Below are positions 8,543 to 18,845 of a DNA stretch of 64,000 bases, one piece after another (positions within the stretch are counted from its first letter, which is position 1; the number at the start of each line of letters is the position of its first letter). The DNA comes from Bacteroidota bacterium (GTDB lineage: Bacteria; Bacteroidota; Bacteroidia; Bacteroidales; F082), in assembly GCA_947505205.1 (NCBI GenBank), contig CANNKD010000001.1:15744-79743 (forward strand). The letters are read 5' to 3'. Both the position numbers and the translations under genes were made by a program. The notes under the pieces are model-generated. The model was not told the DNA's origin and searched no databases. It saw nothing but the letters and a program-made list of their open reading frames with translations.

Positions 8543-11500
8543 ATGATGAATCCAATTTCATATTATCTTTATACCACTAAAATCTTGTTGGGTAAAGGTA
8601 ATAGCTTGTTTATGAAAATGTTTGCTTTGGAGCAAAATTCGGGAATTGCCAAAATAATGGTGGTTTCTGCCTGTTTAGTGATTTTTATCGGTGTCATGAC
8701 ATTTGTCGGATGGCTTGGCGAAATTAAATTTCTTGCAGGTATCTGGAGCTCCGGTTATATTGCAACATCACCAACAACCTCATTTTTCTTTATTCTACTT
8801 GGATTATTGATTGTTTTGGGCTCATTTCAAAAGGAGAACAAAATACCAAAAGTATTATCGATTGTAATTGTTTCCATTATAGCTTTTTATGGTATTTTAC
8901 GTTTTCTCTCGATGATGTTTGGCATCGACCTAACCCTTAACGATTTTCTATTTCATTTCGATGCCAACCGCAATGGATTTTCTTTTCACAAGATGTCGCC
9001 ATATACTGGAATTCTTTTTTTTATAAGTGGAGTGTCGCTTTTGTTAAAACTGTTTTATAAGAAACATACGATTGTCCTCAATATTGTTAGTGGCGTTGGT
9101 GTTTTTGTTTGTTTTGCAGGTTTTGTTGCATTAACAGGCTATGTTTTTGATACACCTTTTTTTTATTCATTTAAAGAAACGACCATTTCGTTATTCACTT
9201 CCATTGCCTTTATTTTATTAGGAATATCAATGATTAGTATTGGTGGTTCGCACACGATTTTTACCCGGCATTTTTGTGGAATTACCTCAAGTGCTTTTGT
9301 TCTGCGCGTATTTCTACCGCTTATTATTTCGGGCATTTTAGTTGAATCGTTTTTGTTTGTACAAATAGCACGTAATCACAATGTGAATCTGGTATTGTTG
9401 GTGTCATTACTTACATTAACTTCTATCGTTTTGACCATCATTGTAATTGTTTTCGTTTCAAAAATTGTATTTAAAAGGGCAGATGTAGCTGAAATAAAAC
9501 GTAAGAAAGCAGAGGAAATCATTCAGCAGGAACGAATCTTAATGCGAACACTCATTGATAATCTTCCGGTTACCATTTATGTTAAAGATATTGAGGGCCG
9601 AAAAAGATTGGCTAATAACGCTGATGTAAAAGCCACAGGGCATCAAAGAGAAGAAGAAATTCTCGGAAAAACAGATGTTGAATTATTTAATCAGCAAGAT
9701 GGAGCACATGGTTACAATCAGGATTTACAAGTTATCTCAACAGGAATTGCGCTTTTAGATGACGAGAAGGACTATGTTGATAGTTCCGGCGAAGTAAAAT
9801 GGTTACGAACCTCAAAAATTCCGTTAAAGGATAACAAAGGCGAAATTATAGGTTTGGTGGGCGTTGGTTTCGATATTACAGCCAAGAAAGCGCAGGAAGA
9901 GCAAATGCTTTTGATGAACCATGCTTTAAAAAGTTTGAATGACTGTATCAGTATTACTGACATCAATGATAAGATTATATATGTAAACAACGCATTTTTA
10001 AATACTTACGGATATGAGCGAACAGAATTGATCGGAGAAAATATCAAAATTGTCAGGAAAAAGGATGAACAAAGTGATTTTGTCAAAACTATTTTACCAT
10101 CGACAAAGGAATTGGGATGGCATGGTGAAATTATCAATTGTAAGAAAGATGGAACTGAATTTAATGTTTCACTTTCCACTTCTCCGGTTCGTAATGAAGC
10201 GGGTGAAGTTATTGCGCTTGCAGGTATAGCAACCAATATCACTGAGCGAAAAGCCATGGAAGAGGCACTTGAAAGAAGCAAGGAAAAATACCAAACCCTC
10301 ATCGAAAATCAAGGCGAAGGACTGGTGCTGGTCGATCTAAATGAAGTTTTCACCTTTGTAAATCCAGCAACTGAACAGATTTTTGGAGTTGAAAAAGGGG
10401 CTTTAATTGGTAGAAGTCTGATCGATTTTGTTACCACCGAATCTTTGAAATTAATCCGTGAAGAAACTGAAAAACGTGTTGACAAAGGGAAATCTACCTA
10501 CGAAATTGATGTGATCGCAGCAGATGGACAAAAAAAGAGCATTCTTATAACGGCAACTCCACAGGTAAATGCAGCGGGAGTTCATATTGGTGCTTTTGGT
10601 ATTTTCAGAGACATTACAGCGCAAAAAATTGCGGATGCCGCACGTAGAAAAAGCGAAGAGAAATATCGTATTCTGGTTGAATCGATGCCCGATGGCGTTT
10701 ATAAACGAGATTTAAATGGACATTTTATTGAGATAAACCCCGCTTTGGTAAAAATGCTGGGTTATAAAAGAAAAAAGGAAGTTTATGACAAAGATTCTTT
10801 AGTTCGTATTTTCCCTAAAAGGTTGGTGCGTAACTTAATTTTTTCTAAGCCAAATAGCGAAGAAGTTAATGAATATCAGTTGATAACAAAGAATAAATCA
10901 GTGATATGGGTCGAAGATCATAGCCATAAAGTAATTGACCCGGAAGATGGAAGCGAGTGGCATGAAGGTATCATCCGGAATATTACTGAACGAAAGATCA
11001 TAGAGACGCAATTGGCAAAACAATCTGATGAGCTACGCGAACTAAATTCGACAAAGGACAAATTCTTCTCAATAATTGCACACGATTTACGCAGTCCTTT
11101 CGGCGCAATATTGGGTTTGTCGGATATGCTGGTTACCGATTTTGATGAATTTGATCTCGATTCAATACACGAAAGTGTCATTCAGATTGATAAAGCCTCC
11201 AAACAAGCCTTTAGTCTTCTGGAAAACTTACTAGAATGGGCGCGTTCACAAACCGGTAAAATGGAATTTACGCCCATCGAATTTGATTTAGTAAGTGTAA
11301 TCCAGGAAACAATTGGTGTAGCGCAAACTTTTGCTAAGAAAAAAGGCGTCAGACTTGAAGCCATCATACCTGAAAAACAATTGATTGTCGCCGATAAAAA
11401 TATGATTCATACGGTTTTACGCAATCTTATTTCAAACGCACTCAAATTTACTCCACAAAAAGGAAATGTTATTGTTTCGTTGAGAGTCACCAAACACCAT

Positions 11501-11737
11501 ATCGTCTTTTCTGTCGCTGATTCTGGTGTCGGGATCTCACAGGAAAATGTTGATAAGTTATTCAAGATCGGTGGATCTTTTACAAATCCAGGAACCAACA
11601 ACGAAAAAGGAACTGGTCTCGGTCTCGTTTTATGCAAGGAGTTTATCGAAAAACATCAGGGAGAAATTTGGGTTGAAAGCAAACTGAATGCCGGAAGTAC
11701 ATTCCTTGTCAAGATTCCAATTGTGGCTCAGGTTTAA
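8543..11737 (+). CDS. Sensor histidine kinase: polytopic N-terminal membrane domain, about four PAS domains, HisKA, HATPase_c
   Basis: About 300 aa of hydrophobic helices, repeated PAS-like blocks, H-box FFSIIAHDLRSPF, N/G boxes (LISNALKFTP, DSGVGI, GTGLGL). No receiver domain. Start could also be 8612. Confidence 0.9.
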   Translation: MMNPISYYLYTTKILLGKGNSLFMKMFALEQNSGIAKIMVVSACLVIFIGVMTFVGWLGEIKFLAGIWSSGYIATSPTTSFFFILLGLLIVLGSFQKENKIPKVLSIVIVSIIAFYGILRFLSMMFGIDLTLNDFLFHFDANRNGFSFHKMSPYTGILFFISGVSLLLKLFYKKHTIVLNIVSGVGVFVCFAGFVALTGYVFDTPFFYSFKETTISLFTSIAFILLGISMISIGGSHTIFTRHFCGITSSAFVLRVFLPLIISGILVESFLFVQIARNHNVNLVLLVSLLTLTSIVLTIIVIVFVSKIVFKRADVAEIKRKKAEEIIQQERILMRTLIDNLPVTIYVKDIEGRKRLANNADVKATGHQREEEILGKTDVELFNQQDGAHGYNQDLQVISTGIALLDDEKDYVDSSGEVKWLRTSKIPLKDNKGEIIGLVGVGFDITAKKAQEEQMLLMNHALKSLNDCISITDINDKIIYVNNAFLNTYGYERTELIGENIKIVRKKDEQSDFVKTILPSTKELGWHGEIINCKKDGTEFNVSLSTSPVRNEAGEVIALAGIATNITERKAMEEALERSKEKYQTLIENQGEGLVLVDLNEVFTFVNPATEQIFGVEKGALIGRSLIDFVTTESLKLIREETEKRVDKGKSTYEIDVIAADGQKKSILITATPQVNAAGVHIGAFGIFRDITAQKIADAARRKSEEKYRILVESMPDGVYKRDLNGHFIEINPALVKMLGYKRKKEVYDKDSLVRIFPKRLVRNLIFSKPNSEEVNEYQLITKNKSVIWVEDHSHKVIDPEDGSEWHEGIIRNITERKIIETQLAKQSDELRELNSTKDKFFSIIAHDLRSPFGAILGLSDMLVTDFDEFDLDSIHESVIQIDKASKQAFSLLENLLEWARSQTGKMEFTPIEFDLVSVIQETIGVAQTFAKKKGVRLEAIIPEKQLIVADKNMIHTVLRNLISNALKFTPQKGNVIVSLRVTKHHIVFSVADSGVGISQENVDKLFKIGGSFTNPGTNNEKGTGLGLVLCKEFIEKHQGEIWVESKLNAGSTFLVKIPIVAQV

Positions 11738-11786
11738 ATTAAATTGTTTAAAATCAAAATATTACTCATTCCAATCAATTCATCTT

Positions 11787-12806
11787 ATGTCAACATTTGA
11801 TCCTAATAGTCCAGCCATCGGAAATGGCATTTATGGTTTACCGGAAGATTCGAGATATTCTAGGTTTGTTCTTATTCCTGTTCCATGGGAAATGACCGTC
11901 AGTTATGGTTCCGGCACTGCCTTTGCACCTCATTTTATCAAGGTTGCGTCGGCTCAGGTTGATTTGTATCATCCAAACAATCCAAAACTCTATGAAGACG
12001 GAATCTTTATGGATGAATTTCCTGAGGAGTTTGTCGAAAAACATGAGTTTCTACGCAAGGTTGCAGAAGAACTCATTGAAGAATTAGGGCTCGAAGATTC
12101 AATAGCCGATAAACGCCAGATGGCAGCCCAATACGCAGAAATTGAGAAGTTTACGGTTGAAGTGAATCAGTGGCTGAAGAAACGTATCCGTTTTTGGAAA
12201 GCACAATCAAAAGTTGTCGGGCTTGTGGGTGGCGATCATAGTGTTCCGCTTGCCTTTCATCAGTTTCTGGCAGATGAAGAAACAAATTATGGAATCCTGA
12301 CCATTGATGCGCACCATGATCTGCGCGAAGCCTACGAAGGATTTAACTATTCGCATGCATCCATTTTTTACAATGTGCTTAAGCATAAAAACGTTGAAAA
12401 ATTAGTACAGTTGGGTATCAGAGATTTTTGCCACGAAGAGGTTGATTTTGTAAATAATGATGAGGTAAAATCAAGGATAAATGTTTATTATGACCGTGAT
12501 GTTCGATCAAGAATGTATCATGGAGAAAGCTGGGCTAAGTTGTGTGCCGAAATGATCAGTGCATTGCCTCAAAAAGTATATATTTCTATTGATATTGATG
12601 GACTCGATGCAAAATTATGTCCGAATACCGGTACTCCGGTTCCAGGTGGTATTGAATATCAGGAGCTTACATTTCTGTTAGATCAGATTAAACATTCAGG
12701 TAAAGAAATTATTGGTTTCGATTTGTGCGAAGTCGGTTACCGCGAAAATGACTGGGATGTAAATGTAGGTGCCAGGTTGTTGTATCATTTATGCTCAATT
12801 TGTTGA
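11787..12806 (+). CDS. Arginase/agmatinase/formiminoglutamase-family ureohydrolase
   Basis: Mn-binding motifs GGDHSV, DAHHDLR and SIDIDGLD. The start is moved to the ATG at 11787, because the track ORF's extension overlaps the kinase 3' end. Confidence 0.85.
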   Translation: MSTFDPNSPAIGNGIYGLPEDSRYSRFVLIPVPWEMTVSYGSGTAFAPHFIKVASAQVDLYHPNNPKLYEDGIFMDEFPEEFVEKHEFLRKVAEELIEELGLEDSIADKRQMAAQYAEIEKFTVEVNQWLKKRIRFWKAQSKVVGLVGGDHSVPLAFHQFLADEETNYGILTIDAHHDLREAYEGFNYSHASIFYNVLKHKNVEKLVQLGIRDFCHEEVDFVNNDEVKSRINVYYDRDVRSRMYHGESWAKLCAEMISALPQKVYISIDIDGLDAKLCPNTGTPVPGGIEYQELTFLLDQIKHSGKEIIGFDLCEVGYRENDWDVNVGARLLYHLCSIC

Positions 12807-12865
12807 TTGTTAGCTTTTTATAGTTTTTGCAATAAATTCATCTAACTATTTGCAAATGAATTAAC

Positions 12866-12873
12866 TACTTTTG
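12866..12873 (+). promoter_or_regulatory. -7 promoter element TActTTTG
   Basis: TAnnTTTG, 40 nt upstream of the ATG at 12913. Confidence 0.35.
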
Positions 12874-12912
12874 TATCTAATCTAATACTCACTATTCACT
12901 TTTCACTTTGTT

Positions 12913-13746
12913 ATGGCAATTCCTGGTAAAATAAACACAATGACCATCCTAAAAGAGGTCGATTTCGGCATATACCTCGATGGAGGCATGCTTGGCGAAC
13001 TCTTGATGCCTGCAAAATGGGTTCCTGAGGGTAAGACCATTGGTGATGAAATAGAAGCATTTATCTATTTCGATTCGAGCGACAGACCAATCGCAACCAC
13101 TTTAAAACCAAAAGCTTATGTCGATGAATTCGCCTTTCTGACTTGTAAGGAAGTGAATACTGTAGGAGGATTTCTCGATTGGGGATTAGACAAAGATTTA
13201 CTTGTTCCTTATCGTGAACAAAAAGCCAGAATGCTTGTCGGGAAACAATATATCGTATTTGTTTATCAGGACAGCATGAGCGAACGAATTGCAGCCTCGG
13301 TGAAGGTTGAGCGCTATTTTAGTTCTGAATTGCATACATATCAGGCTGGAGATGAAGTGAATATCATCATCTGGACCAGAACCGAATTGGGTTTTAAAGT
13401 GATCATCGACAACAAATACCCGGGTGTTATTTATTCAAATGAGATTTTTAAACAAATTCAGATTGGCCAAAAGTTGAAAGCTTATATCGCTAAAGTGCGT
13501 GAGGACGGTAAAATTGACGTTTCACTCGAAAAGCCGGGTTATGAAAAAGTAGACGATCTTTCGCAATTGATTATAAATAAGCTCAATAAAAATAATGGAT
13601 TCATGCCGGTTGGAGATAAAACAGAGGCCGAGGAAATCTATCATTTGTTTGGAATGAGTAAAAAAAGTTTTAAAAAATCTATCGGTACGCTATACAAGCA
13701 GAAACGTATTTTAATCGAAGAAAATGGTATTCGGTTGATTGTCTGA
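12913..13746 (+). CDS. S1-like RNA-binding protein, CvfB/YitL family
   Basis: 277 aa with repeated S1-like barrels and a C-terminal winged-helix-like tail. Overall pattern matches CvfB-type proteins. Confidence 0.75.
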   Translation: MAIPGKINTMTILKEVDFGIYLDGGMLGELLMPAKWVPEGKTIGDEIEAFIYFDSSDRPIATTLKPKAYVDEFAFLTCKEVNTVGGFLDWGLDKDLLVPYREQKARMLVGKQYIVFVYQDSMSERIAASVKVERYFSSELHTYQAGDEVNIIIWTRTELGFKVIIDNKYPGVIYSNEIFKQIQIGQKLKAYIAKVREDGKIDVSLEKPGYEKVDDLSQLIINKLNKNNGFMPVGDKTEAEEIYHLFGMSKKSFKKSIGTLYKQKRILIEENGIRLIV

Positions 13747-13916
13747 ATCTTATTGTTTATGTTAAAATAAATTTCGCTTGAATCGAATCATTTCTTCAGT
13801 TTTTGAGTCATTCGACTCTAAATAACAACATCCGTTTAAGTAATTTGAAACCAAAATAAATAAGCAAAACCGCCGATAAAAGCCCTCACTAAATTTGGTT
13901 GTGAAGTTATTAGCAG

Positions 13917-13924
13917 TAATTTTG
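13917..13924 (+). promoter_or_regulatory. -7 promoter element TAatTTTG
   Basis: TAnnTTTG, 30 nt upstream of the ATG at 13954. Confidence 0.35.
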
Positions 13925-13953
13925 TTTGGTAATAAAAATCAGATACTTGTATT

Positions 13954-15084
13954 ATGGTTGAAGAAAAAGAAAAAACCAAGTGGGTGATGACGGATGGATC
14001 GGAGCTCATTATCGAATCGTTGGTAAGGGCAGGGGCTAACGCTTATGTCAACTATCCAATCACACCTTCAAATTGGCTCAATGCATTCGCTTTGAAGCGT
14101 TTTCCGTTTTTCATGCCGGCGCCTGACGAAATTACTACACTGCAATGGCTTTGCGGGATGGCTGCAGCCGGAAAGATACCGGTAACAGCAACATCATTTC
14201 CCGGATATGCGCTTATGATTGAAACCATGAATGAGGTGTATATGATGGAGCTACCGATGGTAATCATACTCGTTCAGCGCCTCGGACCAAGTACAGGAAG
14301 TGCAACGGTAGGAGCAGAAGGCGATTTGCTCGTTATGAATGGGACAATAAGTGGCGGTTTCCAGTTTCCGGTTTTCAGTATCTCGAGTTTCGAAGATTGT
14401 TGGAATATCCCACCAAAAGCATTGAAAACAGCGGTTGAACTTCGAACTCCTGTGGTAATCCTCACTTCGAAGGAGATGATTATGACTTCGCGCAGTTTTG
14501 ATCTCGAAAAACTTCATGCTGTTGAACCAGTAAAAATGAAATATTTCACAGGTGAAGCGCCTTACAAGCCATACAAACCCAATGAAGATCTCATTCCCGA
14601 GTTTCTGCCTGTAGGAAATGAACAGCATCAGGTTCGTATCAATTCATCCACACATGATCATGCCGGTATGATCAAAAAAGCCACGCCTGAAGCAATCGGA
14701 AATTCATTGCGGTTACAGGAAAAGATTGAAAAACATATTGATTCTTATTCCATATATACATTTATTGAAGCACCTGAATCTGAAACACTTATCGTTACTT
14801 ACGGAATCACTTCTGAAGCCTGCCGCGAAAGTGTTTGTCGCTGCGGTAAATCCGGTAAAGGTGTTTCTTTGTTGATTCTCAATACTTTAATTCCATTACC
14901 TAAGTTTGTAATTGAGACCATGAACAGTTATCGTAATGTGATTGTAATCGAAGAAAACAGTCAGGCTAATTTAGTCAGGTACATTTATGGTGTTAACTTA
15001 CCTACAAATGTCAAAAAAATGAATGCTTTTGGAAGAATGATTACCCCAAGCGAAATTATGAAGGAGATTGCATCATGCAGATAG
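13954..15084 (+). CDS. 2-oxoacid:ferredoxin oxidoreductase, alpha subunit (domains I-II only)
   Basis: YPITPS and GPSTG motifs typical of OFOR/PFOR alpha. 376 aa. Stop overlaps the next ORF's start (ATGCAGATAG). Confidence 0.85.
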   Translation: MVEEKEKTKWVMTDGSELIIESLVRAGANAYVNYPITPSNWLNAFALKRFPFFMPAPDEITTLQWLCGMAAAGKIPVTATSFPGYALMIETMNEVYMMELPMVIILVQRLGPSTGSATVGAEGDLLVMNGTISGGFQFPVFSISSFEDCWNIPPKALKTAVELRTPVVILTSKEMIMTSRSFDLEKLHAVEPVKMKYFTGEAPYKPYKPNEDLIPEFLPVGNEQHQVRINSSTHDHAGMIKKATPEAIGNSLRLQEKIEKHIDSYSIYTFIEAPESETLIVTYGITSEACRESVCRCGKSGKGVSLLILNTLIPLPKFVIETMNSYRNVIVIEENSQANLVRYIYGVNLPTNVKKMNAFGRMITPSEIMKEIASCR

Positions 15085-16313
15085 ATTTTTTAGCCAAGAA
15101 GAAAATGCCTTATTGCCCGGGTTGCGGGCATCACGCTTCAAATTTGAATTTGGCGAAGGCATTAGAGAAATCAGGATACAACCTGCTCGATGTCATTATT
15201 GTAAGTGATATTGGCTGTTCGGGTTTGATTGACGAAAATATGGCCTGTCACACGGTTCATGGATTGCACGGACGCGTTGTCGCGCTTGCCACAGGAATTG
15301 CTTATGCCTTAGCAAATAAAAACAAGAAGGTAATCGCCATTCAAGGTGATGGTGGTGCCACTATTGGGTTACAACATCTGCTGGTTGCAGCACGTCGAAA
15401 TGTAAATATGACTTTGCTCGTCCTGAATAACAATGTATATGGTATGACTGGCGGACAGTTGAGCGGCTTATCTAACACATCTTTAAAAGAAAAAATTCTG
15501 CACGATGAAGCTTACTATCCTCCTTTTGACATTACCGAAATGGCGTATCAGTCGGGAGCAGTTTATGCTTCAAAGATTATGGCCAAAGGTGAGTTTAGCG
15601 ATAAATTAGGTGAGGCCATCAAAACAGAAGGTTTCTCTGTCGTAGAAATTATCGGACCATGTCCGGCTTATGCCTATAACAGTATCAAAGAGATGATGGA
15701 ATTGGGATATGAAGAAAAGGTGCTGACAAATACACGTCCATTCGTTGCCCCTCAGTTTTATGAAAGATCTTCTTTATTCGATTCAAAGAATGCGATAGAA
15801 AGACAATTTTCTGCGAAAATATCAAATAAACTCAGCATATTGTTGGGTGGAAGTGCCGGAGAAGGTGTGCAGTTAGCAGCCGATTTGTTAGCGCAGGCCG
15901 GATTATCCTGTGGATTGAATAATACCAAAAAAGGAGAATATCCTATCACTGTTGGAACAGGATTCAGCCTGGCAGAAGTGATCATGTCAAATGATCCGAT
16001 TTACTATACTGGTATCGAGAAAGCAGACGTCGCAATTGTTACATCACAAGATGGATGGGAAATGGTGAAGTCGCGCGTAAATGAGTTTACGAAACTATTT
16101 GTAGATGAGACAATTGATACCGGAACTGTTGATTATGGAGTTAAACTTCCTTTTAGAGAAAAAGTCGGGCGCAAGAGTGCGGTGCTGTGTGCCATTGCTT
16201 ATTGGATGTCGCATTCAGGAGTTGTACCGGTTGATGCCTTGGTGAAGACTTTTGCCGGACACAAACATGAAGAAAAATTACTGGAAGCCGTGAATACCGG
16301 CATCTCTATGTAA
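15075..16313 (+). CDS. 2-oxoacid:ferredoxin oxidoreductase, TPP-binding beta subunit fused to a gamma-type domain
   Basis: N-terminal CPGCGH, then GDGG...NNxVYGMTGGQ TPP motif. The C-terminal ~180 aa resemble PFOR domain III/gamma (ILLGGSAGEGVQLAADLL). Confidence 0.82.
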   Translation: MQIDFLAKKKMPYCPGCGHHASNLNLAKALEKSGYNLLDVIIVSDIGCSGLIDENMACHTVHGLHGRVVALATGIAYALANKNKKVIAIQGDGGATIGLQHLLVAARRNVNMTLLVLNNNVYGMTGGQLSGLSNTSLKEKILHDEAYYPPFDITEMAYQSGAVYASKIMAKGEFSDKLGEAIKTEGFSVVEIIGPCPAYAYNSIKEMMELGYEEKVLTNTRPFVAPQFYERSSLFDSKNAIERQFSAKISNKLSILLGGSAGEGVQLAADLLAQAGLSCGLNNTKKGEYPITVGTGFSLAEVIMSNDPIYYTGIEKADVAIVTSQDGWEMVKSRVNEFTKLFVDETIDTGTVDYGVKLPFREKVGRKSAVLCAIAYWMSHSGVVPVDALVKTFAGHKHEEKLLEAVNTGISM

Positions 16314-16370
16314 ATTACACTGAATTAAGTAAGCGACAGATTAACAATAAGAATTACCCAAAAAAAAAAT

Positions 16371-16409
16371 CACAGATTCACAGATTATTTATTAATCTGT
16401 GAATCTGTG
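16371..16409. terminator. Bidirectional rho-independent terminator between convergent genes
   Basis: Perfect 16-bp stem (cacagattcacagatt / aatctgtgaatctgtg) with a 7-nt loop. The A9 run on the plus-strand 5' side gives a U-run for the minus-strand transcript. Confidence 0.75.
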
Positions 16410-16448
16410 GCTTTAATTTTAATTTGTAGCTATAATTTTGTTAATCAG

Positions 16449-17627
16449 CTATTTAAAAGCCGGAATACCCGTTATTTCATGTCCGGTAATTAGCAAATGG
16501 ACGTCGTGGGTGCCTTCATAAGTGATCACCGATTCGAGGTTCATCATGTGACGCATCATTGGGAAATCGCCGGTGATGCCCATTGCGCCTAAGATTTGTC
16601 GTGTTTCACGTGCAATAGTCAAAGCCATGAAAACATTGTTCCGTTTCGCCATGGAAATCTGTGCGGCAGTGGCTTTTCCCTGATCGCGCAATTGACCCAA
16701 TCGCCAGGTTAACAACTGCGATTTGGTAATTTCAGTCAAGGCTTCAGCAAGTTTCTTTTGTTGTAACTGGAAAGATGCTATGGGTTTACCAAATTGAATT
16801 CTCTCCAATGAATACCGCAAGGCAGCGTCATAACAATCCATTGCGGCACCAATTGCGCCCCATGCGATTCCATAACGTGCTGAATTTAAGCACATCATCG
16901 GACCTTTTAATCCCTGAATATTGGGCAAAACAAATTCTTTCGGAACAATCACATCATCAAAAACCAATTCTCCTGTAACTGATGCCCGTAATGACCATTT
17001 TCCATGTGTTTCTGGAGCAGAAAATCCTTTCCAGCCTTTTTCTACGATCATTCCACGGATGATTCCTTCTTCATCTTTAGCCCATACGATGGAGATATCT
17101 GCAATGGTTGAATTCGTAATCCACATTTTTGCCCCATTCAACAGATAATGATCACCCATGTCTTTAACGCGCGTTTCCATGCCTCCCGGGTTCGAACCAT
17201 GATTTGGTTCAGTCAAACCGAAACAACCGATAAGCTCACCTGATGCCAAACGTGGTAAATATTTCATCCGTTGCTCTTCGTTTCCAAAAGCATAGATTGG
17301 ATACATTACAAGTGATGATTGAACCGAAGCCATTGATCGAATTCCTGAATCACCGCGTTCCAATTCCTGCATGATAATGCCATAAGCAGTGTGGTCGAGG
17401 CCGGCACAGCCATATTTTTCAGGAATGTAAGGTCCAAAAACACCAATGCTTCCCATTTCTTTGATGAGATGTTTTGGGAACTCAGCACGATTGGCATAAT
17501 CCTCAATAACTGGTTTTACCGCACGGTCAACCCATTCGCGGATTGCAGCGCGAACGATTTTGTGTTCTTCACTGAACAATTCGTCCACCAGATAGTGATC
17601 CGGTGCATTGTATTTAATTTCTCCCAT
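16449..17627 (-). CDS. Acyl-CoA dehydrogenase, glutaryl-CoA dehydrogenase-like
   Basis: ACAD fold motifs (GCFGLTEPNHGSNPG, catalytic region YEGTHDVH). Start set to ATG 17627, because a TAacTTTG -7 box lies at 17655-17662, inside the longer track ORF. Confidence 0.85.
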   Translation of the reverse strand: MGEIKYNAPDHYLVDELFSEEHKIVRAAIREWVDRAVKPVIEDYANRAEFPKHLIKEMGSIGVFGPYIPEKYGCAGLDHTAYGIIMQELERGDSGIRSMASVQSSLVMYPIYAFGNEEQRMKYLPRLASGELIGCFGLTEPNHGSNPGGMETRVKDMGDHYLLNGAKMWITNSTIADISIVWAKDEEGIIRGMIVEKGWKGFSAPETHGKWSLRASVTGELVFDDVIVPKEFVLPNIQGLKGPMMCLNSARYGIAWGAIGAAMDCYDAALRYSLERIQFGKPIASFQLQQKKLAEALTEITKSQLLTWRLGQLRDQGKATAAQISMAKRNNVFMALTIARETRQILGAMGITGDFPMMRHMMNLESVITYEGTHDVHLLITGHEITGIPAFK

Positions 17628-17654
17628 AATAAAAGGTAGTTTTAAAAATTTCGT

Positions 17655-17662
17655 CAAAGTTA
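17655..17662 (-). promoter_or_regulatory. -7 promoter element TAacTTTG (minus strand)
   Basis: Plus strand reads CAAAgtTA, 28 nt upstream of ATG 17627. Confidence 0.35.
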
Positions 17663-17953
17663 CCATAAATTAAAGTTCAAATGAATAACAGCTTTTGAAT
17701 TATTTTTCTATATTTTGTTCATTTATAGGCGTTTGTTGATATGCGTTTATTTGTAGAGTTACAATTATGTTTCAAAGTTCCACGTTGGCTAAGATGTTAA
17801 TGGAAGGAAAATATTGATGATGCTGACGTAATGTTCGAAATATCAATCGAATAAATTAAAATTAGGTGTTAATAAATTCACAAATGATTTGTGTTTAAAG
17901 AGTGTTTACTTTTAGATATTCGTTTTATTTCACAAATATTAGATTTTCAAAAC

Positions 17954-18792
17954 ATGGGTTTTACTACCAAAGATATTTCAGATTATTACAACCAGGCCAT
18001 GAACCATTATCAATATTGGTTGAAATTATCCGAATCTTTGTCTGTTTATTATGGCATTTGGTTGGCTGGGACGAAGACATTTATTCTGGCCTTATCAAAC
18101 ACAAATAGTGAAATGGCCCGAATTGCTGAAATTCGTCAAGCGGATAGTGTGCAGGTTGCGGTGTTGGTGGAACTGCATTTTATCTTGCCGAAAGATATGG
18201 TTGCAAAGTTCATGGTATCTCTTTGAGCAATAAACAAATACATTATGCCGAAGAAAATCGGAATCATTCACTACTCAAAAATTTGATCAGCTTCGACAAC
18301 CAAGATTTTACAAAGACGACTTTTTCGGATAATTCTTTCGATATAGTTTGGGCATGCGAAAGCTCCTACTATGCAAACCCAAAAGAACTTTTTATTCAAG
18401 AAGTAAATAGGTTGTTAAAACCGGGCGGTAAACTGATATTGAGCGATTATTTCCTGACTGAAGCCGGATTAACTGACCAAGACGACCATTTAAAAAATTG
18501 GGCTAAGACCTGGGCCATCGATCAGTTAAATACAACGGTAAATATTTTGGATGTTTTGGATGACAATCAGTTTTAAATTATTGATAATGAGGATTTAACA
18601 AAGCAAATCACGCCATCTTCCAGACGGATGTATCTCTCGTATATCGCAGGCTTTATACCTTCAAATTTGTATAATTTGACACACCATACTTCACGTTTTG
18701 CCAAAACGCATTATCTGTCGGGTAAATATCAATTCAAAGCATTAAAAGGGAAACTTTGGGCTTATAGAATCATTCTCGCCCAAAAAAAATGA
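17954..18792 (+). pseudogene. Class I SAM-dependent methyltransferase, disrupted by one frameshift and one in-frame TAA
   Basis: Three track ORFs are pieces of one gene. The frame changes at about 18143-18151, just before motif I (AGCGVGG). In-frame TAA at 18577-18579; the frame then continues to TGA at 18790-18792 (...ITPSSRRMYLSYIAGF...LWAYRIILAQKK). Confidence 0.75.
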
Positions 18793-18845
18793 GAAAAGAT
18801 CTTCAGAAATGGTTTGGTGAGTTCAGTAATACATTGGTTGATCTA

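Noticed and set aside
11688-11786. N-terminal 33-codon extension of the agmatinase-family ORF.
   Set aside because: It overlaps the 3' end of the histidine kinase. A conserved-looking start (MSTFDPNSPAIGNGIYGLP) is available at 11787.
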